This document shows, one piece after another, positions 42,131 to 54,900 of a DNA stretch of 64,000 bases (position 1 is the first letter of the stretch; each line of letters begins with the position of its first letter). The notes under the pieces were generated by a model. It saw only the letters and a program-made list of their open reading frames with translations, had not been told where the DNA came from and searched no databases. This DNA comes from Corallochytrium limacisporum Hawaii (Eukaryota; Protista; Pluriformea). The stretch lies in NCBI GenBank assembly GCA_002811645.1, contig PDIP01000077.1, positions 159,086 through 223,085 of the forward strand, written 5' to 3'. The position numbers and the translations under genes are program-made.

Positions 42131-44779
42131 ATGGAGTTCGAACAAATAAGCCTCACGGAGGCTTTCAATGGCCTGGATCGGCAACTAGATACAGAGGAAG
42201 ATGAAAAGTTGACATACGAAATTGATTCGTGGTCTAGCCACTCGGCGCAGTACCATCCGCGCAATATTTTAGTGGACCGGCCGGTGGAACAGTCTTCGCG
42301 GTGGTCTTCGGCCAGCACCAGTCAGATTCAATTCGTGCAACTACGGCTGAGCAAGCCTGCTCTAGTACGTAATGTCACTTTCGGTAAGTTTCACAAGCAA
42401 CACGTGTGTAATCTCAAGGAATTCAAAGTCTACGGTGGCCTGACCAAGACCAACATGCGAGAGATGCTGCACCATGGCCTGCGCAATAATGACGTGCCGG
42501 AGACATTTCCCCTGAGGTACTCTGCGGATGGCATTTTCTTTCCGGTAAAGTACATTAAGATTGTGCCACTGATGGCATGGGGAGCCAATTTTAACTACAG
42601 CATCTGGTACGTCGGTCTGAGTGGCGTGCAGCAAGCGGAACTGATGTCCCAGGCCTTCCATATCTTTGACAGTCATCGGGAACGGGAGGCAGTTCGGTTA
42701 TGTCTCAAGTATTTCCGCCAGCGCAACTATATGGAACAGTTTGAGAGCCTTCAGAAGCGGACGAAGGTCATCCTGGAGGCACCGGTGTTGAGCGAGTTGC
42801 ACAGTAACATTGTGCGGGAAGGCAACCTGAAGAAGGCAGAAGAGATCTTGGAAACATGTGCGCGGGAAGGTGTGTTTTCAGACTTTATTTCTGAGTCTTC
42901 GTATTACCCGCGGTGGCGTTTGATTACGCCGAACGGGCCAGACGGCGGAGCAGCGCAGCAGGACGCACGACCACGCATGCGTGGTGGGCATCAAATGTGC
43001 GTGGATACGATCAACGAAGTAATCTATCTCTACGGTGGTTGGGACGGTCACGTAGATCTGGCGGATCTGTGGGCGTACAATATTAAGGAGAATGTGTGGA
43101 CCTGCCTCATGTACGACACGGCAGCCAACGGGGGGCCCAGTGCACGGAGTTGTCACAAGATTTGCTTTGATCCACAGCGGCGACGCATATACACACTGGG
43201 CCGCTACGTCGATGAGGAGGGCCGCAAGTCGGTTTTGGAGAGCGATTTCTTCTACTATGACCTTGACGGTGGCAACTGGGTAAAACTATGCAGCAACACA
43301 GCCTCGCGCGGTGGACCAGAGTTGATGTACGATCATCAGGTGGCCCTCGACCCGTTGACCTCCACCATGTGGATCTTTGGTGGTCGCATCATCCGTAGTG
43401 GCCATCACGAGTGCCCATTCAGCGGTCTGTTCTCGTATCACATTCCCACAGACACCTGGAACACGCACATTGCTGCGAACGGCTCTCCCACAAACATGGA
43501 CGGATTTGGTGACATCAAGGGTCGTGTGGGACACTCCATGCTCTTTGACACCAATGGCCGCCAGCTGCTGATATTTGGCGGCCAACGCCACAAGGAAGTG
43601 TTGAGTGACCTCCACGCTCTCAGTGTGGAGACCCTGGAACATCGTGAAGTCTTCCGCGACTGCAGCCGCAGTGGTGGACCAGACCTGGGTTTGACCCAGC
43701 GGGCATCCATTGACAACAACCTGCAGGAACTATTTGTAATTACCTCAATCATTCGCGACAAGGCGCAGGGTGGCAGCGGTGCCGGATCTGCACTGGATCC
43801 CAACGGCTTCCAGAGTGCTGGTGGGCGTGCCTCCTCGGTCCCTGGTGGCAGTGGATCCGCGAGCGGCAGTGGCAATGCCAATTCGTCCGGTGGGCGCATA
43901 GCAGTGTGGGTGTATTCACTGCGCCGGGGTCGCTGGACGCGTATTGTGCGCGAAAACAATCAGTCATCACTGCACCGCAGATATGCCGCACAATTAGGGG
44001 CCAATGGCTCAGGCAGCAGTGGTGGCCGCGGTGGCAGTGGCATGCTGGGAGAGCTTGGTGATGGCGGCCGCACGGGCGAAGGCGATTTGGAAGGCGAGAC
44101 GCGGAGTGGTACGGTTACCGGTAGTGCCGGTGTCAGTGGTTCATCGTCGTCGATTGGTGGAACCGTGGGAACACCATTCGGTCCGCCCGAGGAACCTCGA
44201 CCGCGCCTGGCGCACCAGGTAATTTTTGACGAGGTTCGGGGCCGGCATTACCTCTTTGGTGGCAATCCGGGTGACCCGGGGGCCCTCCGTCTGCGCCTCG
44301 ACGACTTTTGGGAACTGATTTTGCAGCGGCCTACGGAGGATTCCATTATGCGGCAGTGCCGCTTCCTCGTGCGGCGACAGATCTTCAAGGAAATCTGCGA
44401 GCAGTCGTCTGTAGAGGCGCTGCGCTACCTGCAGACATCTCTTGCCGAAGTGGTGGATCACGGCGACAAGGACGAGAGCGCTGAGTTCCGCAGTTTGACT
44501 GCACGATTGTTCCAGCGCTCCACGAAGGCCACGGCTCCGACAACGGCGGCCTCCACGCCGAGTGGGGATGCCATGAGCAGCACACCGCAGAGTAGCACCA
44601 CGGGTGCGGGAGAAGGATTGGTCAGCTCGACTTCCGTGGATGACAGCATGGGTGGCCAGGGACCGGAGGGCAGCAACCTCTATACGCAGCGCATGCGCCT
44701 GTACGAGGAGTTGGTTTGCTACTTCCCGAATCACATGAAGCAGCCGCGGGCTAACCTGGTGGATCTGGTCACACTGTAG
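42131..44779 (+). CDS. MKLN1: Muskelin (discoidin-LisH-CTLH-kelch), CTLH/GID E3 ligase subunit
   Basis: YHPRNILVD.P.EQSSRWSS, TFGKFHKQHVCNLKEFKV, NFNYSIWYV, RLCLKYFRQ, MRGGHQMC, GPSARSCHK, PRPRLAHQ, RLDDFWEL, terminal MKQPRANLVDLV. Confidence 0.95.
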   Translation: MEFEQISLTEAFNGLDRQLDTEEDEKLTYEIDSWSSHSAQYHPRNILVDRPVEQSSRWSSASTSQIQFVQLRLSKPALVRNVTFGKFHKQHVCNLKEFKVYGGLTKTNMREMLHHGLRNNDVPETFPLRYSADGIFFPVKYIKIVPLMAWGANFNYSIWYVGLSGVQQAELMSQAFHIFDSHREREAVRLCLKYFRQRNYMEQFESLQKRTKVILEAPVLSELHSNIVREGNLKKAEEILETCAREGVFSDFISESSYYPRWRLITPNGPDGGAAQQDARPRMRGGHQMCVDTINEVIYLYGGWDGHVDLADLWAYNIKENVWTCLMYDTAANGGPSARSCHKICFDPQRRRIYTLGRYVDEEGRKSVLESDFFYYDLDGGNWVKLCSNTASRGGPELMYDHQVALDPLTSTMWIFGGRIIRSGHHECPFSGLFSYHIPTDTWNTHIAANGSPTNMDGFGDIKGRVGHSMLFDTNGRQLLIFGGQRHKEVLSDLHALSVETLEHREVFRDCSRSGGPDLGLTQRASIDNNLQELFVITSIIRDKAQGGSGAGSALDPNGFQSAGGRASSVPGGSGSASGSGNANSSGGRIAVWVYSLRRGRWTRIVRENNQSSLHRRYAAQLGANGSGSSGGRGGSGMLGELGDGGRTGEGDLEGETRSGTVTGSAGVSGSSSSIGGTVGTPFGPPEEPRPRLAHQVIFDEVRGRHYLFGGNPGDPGALRLRLDDFWELILQRPTEDSIMRQCRFLVRRQIFKEICEQSSVEALRYLQTSLAEVVDHGDKDESAEFRSLTARLFQRSTKATAPTTAASTPSGDAMSSTPQSSTTGAGEGLVSSTSVDDSMGGQGPEGSNLYTQRMRLYEELVCYFPNHMKQPRANLVDLVTL

Positions 44780-44939
44780 TGTGCCGGTACCGTACCGATT
44801 GAAAAGCTGACGGGATTTTCTATGCTGGTTCATCTGAAACTCTCAAATTAAAATAGTTGCAAACGAGTAGGAAAAAGTGAGAAAGGAATGATGATGATGT
44901 GGGGTCTGTTTAATTTTGTCATGGTTTATCAGATTAAGT

Positions 44940-46583
44940 CTACGCCTTGCCCGCAGTGTTCTCGACAATGATGTTGTAGCAGGCAGGGAAAGTCAGGAAC
45001 TCGTCCAGAGCCTCGTCGCCAATCATTTTCTTCAGCACCTCGGCGGCTCGCTCGTAGGTGGCAGGGAACTTCTCTCCCATCTCCTGCTTGGTCTGGGCGA
45101 CATTTTCGTCGATCAGTTGGCGGACCGAGTCCACTGTCACCTTGAATCCGTCGACCTCAACGCCGTACTTGATCTGCTGGAACAGCTGAGCTCTGCTAAT
45201 CTCCGCGGTGGCAGCATCCTCCATGAGGTTGTGGATCGGTACACAGCCCATGCCGCCGAGCCAGGCACCCATGTACTGCAGGCAAATGTCAATGTTTAGT
45301 TTGATGCCTTCCAATGTCAGGTGCCCACTAAAGTCAGTGGACAGCAGATCGTTTTGACCCACATGGACGTCATCCCTTTGCTTGTCAATCTGGTTTGCGT
45401 TGGGCATGTGCTCGTTGAAAATCTTCATCGCGAGGGGAATCAAACCCGGATGGGCAACCCAGGTGCCGTCGTGACCCGCCTTCACCTCGCGCAGCTTATC
45501 GTTGGTAACCTTGTCCATGGCCTTTGCGTTGGCATCGGCATCGGTCTTGATGGGAATTTGGGCTGCCATCCCTCCCATGGCATGCACACCACGACGGTGG
45601 CAGGTCTTGATCAGCAGACGTACATAGGCGTCCATGAATGGAGTGGTCATGGTGACGTCGGAGCGGTTGGGTAGCAGGAATTGCTTGTGCTCAATCAGAC
45701 GCTTGATGAAGCTAAAGATGTAGTCCCAGCGACCGCAGTTCAAACCAGAGCTATGCTCCTTGAGCTCAAAGATTATCTCGTCCATCTCAAAGGCGGCAGT
45801 AATGGTCTCAATCAGCACGGTGGCCCGGATGGTACCCCGGGGCAGACCCACTGCCTGTTGAGCAAAGACGAACACGTTGTTCCACCAGCGGGCCTCGAGG
45901 TGGGACTCCAGTTTGGGAATGTAGAAGTAAGGCCCCTGGCCAATCTGCAGGCTCTTGCGAGCATTGTGGTAGAAGTAGAGACCAAAGTCGAAAAGCGAAC
46001 CGGACAGGGGCTCGCCGTCAATCAGAATGTGCTTCTCATCCATGTGCAGACCACGAGGGCGAGCCAGCAGCGTGGCGACCTTGTCGTTGAGCTTGTACTT
46101 CTTGCCAGTGGCAGGGTTTTCGAATTCAATGGTGCGGTGGATGGCGTCGTGCATGTTGACCTGGCCACCCACAGCGTTCTCCCAAGTGGGACTGTTAGAG
46201 TCCTCAAAATCAGCCATGAAGCACTTGGCACCAGAATTTAGGGCGTTGATGATCATCTTGCGGTCGACAGGACCGGTGATCTCCACGCGGCGGTCCTGCA
46301 GGCCGGGGGCCAGCGGTGCAGCCTTCCAGTTACCCTTGCGAATGTGTTCGGTCTCGGGGAGGAAGTCCGGGAGCTCGCCATTGTTGATCTTCTTCTGGCG
46401 CTGCTGACGCGAAGCCAGCAACTCGCGGCGCTGCATGTTGAAGTTGCGGTGCAGCTCAGCGAGGAAACGCAGAGCTTGCAGGGTCAGAATGTGGCCCTGC
46501 TGCTCGGTGACCTCGCCAAGGACCTGGATGCCCTCAGGAGCCAGGGACTTGTTGATGTAGTCCTTTCCCCGCATTTCAGCCAT
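44940..46583 (-). CDS. MLS1: Malate synthase (type A)
   Basis: [76 protein letters not shown] at 46583 after an A/C-rich leader (the track start is a GTG). Confidence 0.98.
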   Translation of the reverse strand: MAEMRGKDYINKSLAPEGIQVLGEVTEQQGHILTLQALRFLAELHRNFNMQRRELLASRQQRQKKINNGELPDFLPETEHIRKGNWKAAPLAPGLQDRRVEITGPVDRKMIINALNSGAKCFMADFEDSNSPTWENAVGGQVNMHDAIHRTIEFENPATGKKYKLNDKVATLLARPRGLHMDEKHILIDGEPLSGSLFDFGLYFYHNARKSLQIGQGPYFYIPKLESHLEARWWNNVFVFAQQAVGLPRGTIRATVLIETITAAFEMDEIIFELKEHSSGLNCGRWDYIFSFIKRLIEHKQFLLPNRSDVTMTTPFMDAYVRLLIKTCHRRGVHAMGGMAAQIPIKTDADANAKAMDKVTNDKLREVKAGHDGTWVAHPGLIPLAMKIFNEHMPNANQIDKQRDDVHVGQNDLLSTDFSGHLTLEGIKLNIDICLQYMGAWLGGMGCVPIHNLMEDAATAEISRAQLFQQIKYGVEVDGFKVTVDSVRQLIDENVAQTKQEMGEKFPATYERAAEVLKKMIGDEALDEFLTFPACYNIIVENTAGKA

Positions 46584-46631
46584 TGTGTTGTTTTGGTCGT
46601 TTTGTTTTATGTTGTCCACCTGCGATTGTTC

Positions 46632-46700
46632 CTACAAGTCGAACATTAGCTCCTGGCAGCCGTCCGCATGTCATGCCCTGTGGTCGGCACTGTCACATAC
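46632..46700 (-). other. Candidate 69-nt 5'UTR intron of malate synthase
   Basis: AAG|GTATGT donor, GCTAAT branch (46650-46645), 10 nt spacer, TAG acceptor (alternative CAG at 46620). Confidence 0.7.
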
Positions 46701-47324
46701 CTTTACTGGATCGTGAGTCTTTATGTGGGACTCTTTTCGTGACTGTGGTACGCAAAGCACTGTAAGACAACAAGACGACGGGCGCTTCAGGGAGCACCTA
46801 TGTCACGCATCGAAGCACAGATCTACACTGAAAACAACCAAAGCACAGGCACACACACACACTCACGCAATGTCGGAGAAGAATCTGAACCGCCCAGGAC
46901 CCAACCCAAACCCCCTTCTTCCCCCCCCCTCCCCCTGGCCCCGTCCCGTCTACCCGTCCCCGTACTGAATCAACTGCCATGCCAGCCCAAAAAAATCTCG
47001 TGTGCCCAGCCAAAAATGAACCGATACAGCGTTTGGGTGGGTACACAGAGACAGAGACAGAGACAAGGGGAAAGACTGATTGCAAACGTTTTCTGGTTTC
47101 GAGGTGTGTCGATGGCGGGCGTGTGTTGTGTGTGTGTGTGTGTGTAAGAAAGCCGATCTCTCTGCTGGGTGTAGTCCTTTGACTGAAGCCACAGAGACAG
47201 ACTGACACAAAGAGAGAGAGAGAGAGAGGAGAGTGCGTATGTCTGTGTCTGTGTGTATCACCCCCCCTGGGGCAAGGGACGGACGCAGCTGTGAGGAATG
47301 AGCCGATCATGCCTGCCTGTTCGA

Positions 47325-47331
<7 letters not shown>

Positions 47332-47400
<69 letters not shown>
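47332..47400. repeat. (CT)n microsatellite
   Basis: About 34 perfect CT units. Confidence 0.98.
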
Positions 47401-47414
<14 letters not shown>

Positions 47415-49586
47415 GCTCTAGTCCGAATGTATTCTCCACCCACCTTCCTGTTCCTTTCGCTCTCGCTCTTCTCACTCTTTCTCTCTCTTTACATTCTGGC
47501 GCGGTCGTCGTTTCGTTGCCCAGTCTTCCTTTTTATTCAGAAAGGGTTGCTTGCAAAGAGGGAGAGAAGGAGTCAGACAGCGATGGAAGGAGAAGGAGAA
47601 GGGGGGGGGGGTGCGTGTCTGTGTTGGTGTGACATGGGACGGAATGAAACACTGCAAAAATTGGTAGGTTGGTTTTGCGGGCCGTAGCGTGTGTCCGGGT
47701 TGTCGGTGTGCCTTGAAGTCGGTGTGTGCCCACCGCCGCATATCACGCTGGGCACAGGAAGCTGGAGTGGTGCAAGACGCAACCGACGAGGAAGAAATGG
47801 AGGAGAAGGAGGGAAGATTTGTGACTCCACCGACGAGAGCGAGAGAGACAGAGAGACATGCCGGGCTAGAGCCTTTGTTAGGGGGGAGGGTTGGATAGAG
47901 TTATTCTGCGCTGCGCTGCGCTGCAGGGGAGGGGAGAGTCCTCCTTTGACTCTTAATGACGGAGGCACCCCCATTTTTATGCTGGCGTAAGTGGGTTTTT
48001 TTCGTTCTTTTTGAGTTGCTTCGTCGATTCGTCAAAAAGAAAAAAAAAGAAGAAAGGTTGAGAAGAAGACGAGGAGGCGTTAGGGGGGGATCTTACGCAA
48101 CCTCCCGTCCGGTGTTATTTACAATCAGTCCTTATCTATAGGCTCAATACCCTGCGAACGAAACTGCTCTGCGTGGGTACCCAGCAGTGCACCCCCGGGC
48201 CCACCCCCTCCCGGGAAGAGGGGAGGAGGGAGTGGGTGAGACCCACGGACCGTGGGCAACCAAGCAAAAATACCCACCCACTCCAAGCCTCGCCTTCCCT
48301 TTGCTTCGGTAATGAAAAAGGGAGAACAATGGTGGGCCTGCCTAGGCGGCACATAGATTTTCTATGAGGCAGGGGACCGGTTCGGTGGGGGGGGGGGTGC
48401 AATTTTGACACTGACATCTACGGGACGGAAAAACTGGGAGGTTACGGGGAGGTAGAAGGCATGCGCAGTAGTGAATGTACGGTGGCGTGAGCCGGTATGA
48501 ACGGTTCATCTTTCGCGAACCGCCACCACTTCTTCGTACGTGGCAATGAGGGTGGGTGCACGTTACCACACCGATCGCTATGCCACCGAGTGCGAACTTG
48601 GTATTGAACCTATTGAACAGTTTCCGGAACATTGGTGTAAGCGGACAAATGTGGCCTGCCCTTGTTCGCGAAAGTGCGTACGTATCATACCATTCTTAGG
48701 TGCCGATGAGTCCTTGCCCTTATCTTCCCTCCGGCTGGAAAATTACGGTACCAATGAACCAGATCTTTTGCAAATTTTCATTCATTAACTTCCGCAAACG
48801 AAAAATTGCCGAAGCAGGGGGCCACCAAGGGGACCAGGAGAAGAAGGAAGAGAGAGAGAGAGAGGGACCCCCCCCTTCGGGGAGGGGAGGGGAGAAGGAA
48901 GGGGGGGAGGTGGGTGGGTTAGATTAAGAGAAATCACGCCGGTTTTTTTTTTGTTCCCTTCCCCTCCCCCCTTGCTCCCGGCCGGGCGCCAGCGCACTTT
49001 GTGGCGGGGTGGGGTGGTGTGTGTGTGTGTGTAGTTCGTTAATGGCGGCTGTTGCTGACTCCCAATTCCTTACGAACTGTGCCACCAGTAGCGGCGCACC
49101 GTATACTATCCTGGCCCTTTTTTTTTTGTTTTTCGCTTTTTCCCCTCCTCCCTTTTTTTTAATATACACAGCCGTGAGGTGGTGTGTGACGTTTCAGTAG
49201 TTTCAGTATTGATATTTTTTCCTTCCTTTTCTCGACGGGTATTTTCTTTTCCGTTTGGTCGCTTGGCCAGTCGTGGTGGGTGCGTGTGGCGTGTGCCGTG
49301 CGTGCTCTTCTCTCTGTCTCTCTCTCTGCGATGAAGTACTACTTAGCTGTTGAAATCGTTCCCGACATGATCCGAACACGAACACACACGCACACGCAGG
49401 AAACGACTACAGAAGCGCCTGATGTGAGAAAAGGCACGGCATGCTCGGGAATGATGTCCGAGATGCGCTCTCACTTTTCCTTCCTTTCCAGAGAAGCGCG
49501 CTGCCATCGCCAAAAAGACTGGTGGTGGTGCCTAAGAACAGGCCAATCTAGCACACACGCACTCACTCACTCCCACCTCCCCCCCC

Positions 49587-50320
49587 NNNNNNNNNNNNNN
49601 NNNNNNNNNNNNNNNNNNNNNNNNNNNNNNNNNNNNNNNNNNNNNNNNNNNNNNNNNNNNNNNNNNNNNNNNNNNNNNNNNNNNNNNNNNNNNNNNNNNN
49701 NNNNNNNNNNNNNNNNNNNNNNNNNNNNNNNNNNNNNNNNNNNNNNNNNNNNNNNNNNNNNNNNNNNNNNNNNNNNNNNNNNNNNNNNNNNNNNNNNNNN
49801 NNNNNNNNNNNNNNNNNNNNNNNNNNNNNNNNNNNNNNNNNNNNNNNNNNNNNNNNNNNNNNNNNNNNNNNNNNNNNNNNNNNNNNNNNNNNNNNNNNNN
49901 NNNNNNNNNNNNNNNNNNNNNNNNNNNNNNNNNNNNNNNNNNNNNNNNNNNNNNNNNNNNNNNNNNNNNNNNNNNNNNNNNNNNNNNNNNNNNNNNNNNN
50001 NNNNNNNNNNNNNNNNNNNNNNNNNNNNNNNNNNNNNNNNNNNNNNNNNNNNNNNNNNNNNNNNNNNNNNNNNNNNNNNNNNNNNNNNNNNNNNNNNNNN
50101 NNNNNNNNNNNNNNNNNNNNNNNNNNNNNNNNNNNNNNNNNNNNNNNNNNNNNNNNNNNNNNNNNNNNNNNNNNNNNNNNNNNNNNNNNNNNNNNNNNNN
50201 NNNNNNNNNNNNNNNNNNNNNNNNNNNNNNNNNNNNNNNNNNNNNNNNNNNNNNNNNNNNNNNNNNNNNNNNNNNNNNNNNNNNNNNNNNNNNNNNNNNN
50301 NNNNNNNNNNNNNNNNNNNN
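49587..50320. other. Assembly gap (N run)
   Basis: N run flanked by C and G homopolymers. Confidence 1.
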
Positions 50321-51914
50321 GGGGGGGGCAAGGATTGGAACAAGAGACATTCTTATAGTCCCGTCCTCTTACCAAAAGAGGCTCTCCGTGTCAGCACTTC
50401 CACTATAAGCCGGATCATGCCTTTTTGTGTGTCGGTCGCAGTGTGGGTATTGAGGCGGTAGCGCAAAAATCCCACCCCATTGGAGAGATGAGAGTGTGTC
50501 TGTGGCCGGCGGGGAAGGGGAAGGGGGGATAACGCCTGAAATCATGCCTTTCGTCGGGTGAAGGGCTGCAAAAAATCCTGTACCAAACTAAAATCGAACT
50601 ACGCAGGGCTGGGCCAGATCTGAAAACGCACTAAAACGACTGGGCGCGCATCATCCGTCCGTCCCGTCTGCAACAAACACACACACACGCGCGCACACAC
50701 ACGCTCTCGCACTCACGCATACCTAGCTTGCGGGGACAAACAGGCGCTAAGGTGGTTCGGTGGATGGCTAGTATGGGTGCTCATCCGTGCTGCTGTTCAG
50801 TGGAAAAGCACACACACACAGGCGTGACGTAGCGTTCTTTGGATGAAGCCGCGGCGGTTCTTGGTGTCCTGGGTCGTAGAAGCTGAACCAGATTGACTCG
50901 AACCAGTTGTTTGCCCCGTTACAATCGACACATCCGGACGGTTGGTCGGAGAGATTGGAGCGCTCCCCGTTGGGTATTGGGAATGCCCGAGTGTTTCTCT
51001 TGTGGCCGAGGGATCCTCAGGGCTGGTGGCCGGGAGAAACGGCACCGTGGAGATGGTTGTCCAACGTGCGTATACTGAGCAGCATCTGTTTGCTCGGTGT
51101 GTGTATATGTACGATCAGAAGGCATGATCTTGAAGAGTAATCGAGTGTAATCGCATGAAACACTGTTGTTTAAAGACGCTACGCACATGTCCATCTTCAT
51201 GTCTACCGTATGAGCCAGAAGGCAGAGCGCACAGGCAGTGTAATTGCCGTCGAAAGTGACGATGATGGTCATCATTCTCGTCATCACTGCTGGCGTCTGT
51301 GTTCCATGGCAATACTGAATCACGGCCCACATGAACGGGCCATCCTATGGATACCCATACCATACAGTCAAACCCGAGACGATGGCGGCCGCCCGTGTTT
51401 CGGGTGTACACACACACACACAGGGACTACCTCCGGCTATCAACACTTCGATGGGGTCCTGCGGGGGAAGGACTGCACGGGGCCACGCGGTTCGACGGGT
51501 GTACTCGGTCTTCCGGCAAGTCCAAATGGACATTCCGGCGACTAATTTCATCCATATTATCGCAGACTCTCTCTAACTACAACTAATTCAGTACCGAGCT
51601 CAACCCAGTTTGCCCAGCAGTACCTGTACAATAACAAGATCGGGACCGTGATTACAGTGGGCAGGGAATGCGCACGCGGACCGCCCCCTGCCACGATGCC
51701 CGGTGCATTTTGATCGGCGCGACCCGACGCAAACCGTTCTGCCGTGTCTTTCCTCATTCTTCCCATTATTGCCCATATATTATGTACTTACGGAAAGCCC
51801 ATACCAACACCACGAGATATGTCGATCGCGTTCGGTAAAATAAAGAAAAATACAAACATTCTATAGGTAAAGCAGAACGCGGCGAGAGTGGAAAACAACG
51901 GCAAATATATAAAA

Positions 51915-51991
51915 AAAACCAACAGAAGAAAAAAGACACGAACAACGGCAAAACCAACAGAAAAAAAAAGACACGAACAACGGCAAAACCA
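51915..51991. repeat. 35-bp tandem duplication (~2.2 copies)
   Basis: AAAACCAACAGAA(G/A)AAAAAAGACACGAACAACGGC at 51915 and 51950. Confidence 0.9.
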
Positions 51992-54900
51992 CTGAAATGA
52001 GTGAAAAAACATGTGATTTGGGAGCGTGTTGCAGGGCTGCACTTTCGGCCCGTGCCACCCCCCCCCCCGGGGTCCTCGCCTCTCCTCTCCCGGCCTGCTT
52101 CGCCCCCCCTCCCCCCTCTGCCTCCGCTCCCTCGCCTCCCTTCCAGCCCCCGGGGCAGGGCGCGCACTTCGCGGGGAGTAGTGTTTTATTATACAAATTC
52201 ACGCACAAAACGCCGGGCGCAGCGATAACAGCGTCAAGGAACACAATCATCCGTCAACAACCGGAAAAGTACTGCACAGACCCGGCCCAGTTTCAAACCC
52301 CCGCAGAACAGTGTTTCGGACCACCACGGAATAAGAAACACAAAGATCGGAAAGTGGTATCGGTTCAATGGGTGGCCAAGAGACAGACGCACAGCGGCCG
52401 TGCATCGATGGGAGCGGAATGAGCGCATCACTCTGTCTGGAAGGCATTGTCTACAGTGAGCCATCCATCGTTGCGATCTGTGCTCTTGGTGAGATGAGGT
52501 GGCGTGCATGCTCTCCTCCCTTTCCGTCTGATGTGATGTTAAAAAACGCGGCCGTCAGCATGATGGTGGATGATGATCCACCAGCATGGCTCTGGACCGA
52601 AGTTTACCGTGTAAAGTTGTCGTGGCATATATACATGAGGACTGCGTGATCCCTACTTTGTCTCCGCTACGGCCAGATCACACCGCAGCGGGAATGCTCA
52701 AGGCAACACGCCCGACACAGAGTGTCTCACAGTCTCATCAGTCATACAGTCAGCACACAACATTCACACCGTCCCTGACCCACCGGTCGCACAGTCTGTC
52801 CCGACCACGACGATTGTAAGAGTGTCTCTCAATCTCTCCCCTCCAAGGAGGCCAGAGAGTTCTGCGTGAGGATCTTTTGTTGAGCAGAGCGACAGCCACG
52901 CGGGTTCCCTCGGTCTTTAAGTCTACGTGCGCGTTTCTTGGCTCCGGTTATATACACACACACCAGAACCCGGGCAACGTGACGGCACTCTCACCGCTAC
53001 CCGGCCACCGCGCCCTCACCGCCCTCTCGCTCTCTCTCTCTCACTTTCCTTCCTTTTTTTCCCTCAGTTTCGTTTGGTGAAAGAAACGAGAACTTTTGCT
53101 GCCCTCTCCCTGTTCTTGTCATCATCCAAGCCCCTCACCAACCGACCCTTCAACCACCCTTTCCATTCTATACCTAAACTCTTAGAGAGAGCAAGGATTA
53201 GCCACAAGGGAATCCAAAAAGAAAAAAAGGGGAAGAGACGAAACTTCGATCTGCGAGGCTTGTACAGTTTCTCGCAGCGGCGTGATTTTTTTCAGCCGGA
53301 GAGAGAGAGAGTACGGACTACTCCCAAAAAAAAAAACGAAAAGACTACACACACACAAAAAAGAGAAGGAGAAGAGTTGCCCGCTGGCTTTTTTTTTCGG
53401 CTTTTGGGCAAAAGCAACACAAAAGAAAGAAAATCCTCCACTCTCTCTCTCTCTTTCCTTATTTTTTTTTGGGTTTGCCTTCTTCGAGAGCCGTATAAAT
53501 TTCGATGGACAATAAAGAAAGAAAGATAGCTCTCCACCTCTCTAACCCAAAGCCAGGCCTCCCCTGGGAAGGCAGGCAGTGGTGCACAAGGTCCCCTTCC
53601 CCGTAGAAGAACTAAAAGGAAATGTTCTCTCTCTCTCTCTCTGTGTATGCGCCGCCGATGGAGAGGGCCGCTGCGGAACGGAGCATTCTTTCCCCGCGCT
53701 TCAAAACTCGAGCTGCCCGTCCGCACGGAAAGGATAAGCCCCGCACGTACTTCTCCCCCCCCCCAAACCCAAGCGCGCGAGTACATATCGATCTGATAAA
53801 AGCCTTTTGGGTAGTTTGTCCCATTCAAATTGAATGAAATTCACGCCGTCGGCCGTTTTGCTGACCACCCGGTGCCACCCGTTCCCTTCCTCCCGATCTT
53901 CTCGTTCTTTGCCCCCCCCCTCCTCCTCTCCTTCTTCGGTCCCTTCTTTCCTTGCTCTTCCCCGCTTTGGGTCTTAGTTTTCCTCGGATGGCGACCGGCT
54001 TCATTTTCTTTTTATATGCTCTTCGCTCCCATTTATTTTCTTGGTTCTTGGGCCTTTACTTTCCTTGGGAAGGACGGAAGACAGAGACAGGCACGACGGG
54101 TGCCGATTCAAATGAAGAGAAACAAAGGAACGTCGCAGGGTGTATTTTTTACCACATTTCTCCCTTCTTTTCTCTTTGCGCCCGGGAGAAGGGTAGGAGG
54201 AGAGAGCCTTTTCCAGCCATAGAAATTCACGCCGGCCTTCGCTGTCTTCGTTGTTCTCAGGGAACCCGTCTACCTGACTGAGAGACAGGGGGGGGACGGA
54301 CCGAGAATGATTACCGACATCAGCAAAAAATAAGATCAAAAAAAAGGGCAAAAGCAAAACTTCGAAGAAATGAAGTTTTCTGGGGAGGAGAGGTTTCTCT
54401 CGTAGTCGACCGATCCCTTTTAATTTTGCCTCCCCTCCTTCCCTCCCTCTGGCTTTCCGCCTCCGCCGCGATCCTTTCCGTGCGGATTGTCGGGCCATCC
54501 CTCTGAGACCGGCAGGATCGGGCCATAAGCAAGGTCCACATCGGGTCATTTCAGTACCGAATGAACCGTGGAGAATTCTTCCTTTTTGTTTGATTCTGCA
54601 TGGACCTTTTTTTTACTTTCTTTTTCTTTTTTGTCCTTGTTTTAATTTTTTGCTGCCTCCCCCACCCCGGTTTCTTGGGTAACATAGATCTGGTTTATTC
54701 CCATCGGAGACCGGCAGGATGATCCCAGGGTTGAACCCCCCCCTTCTCTCTGATGATTTGATACCTGAACCGTGTGCACGCATGGGCAGGTGATGTTGAT
54801 GATGGTTACGGTTCCGTTTAAGGGGTTCTTCGCCTTTTCTTTTTTTTTTGGTTCCTTTGTTCTCTCTGATTTCTTTCGTCGGTTTTGGCTTTTTTTTTTG

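Noticed and set aside
49280-50461. Long ORFs spanning the N gap (also at 10364-10864)
   Set aside because: Artefacts of untranslatable N runs.
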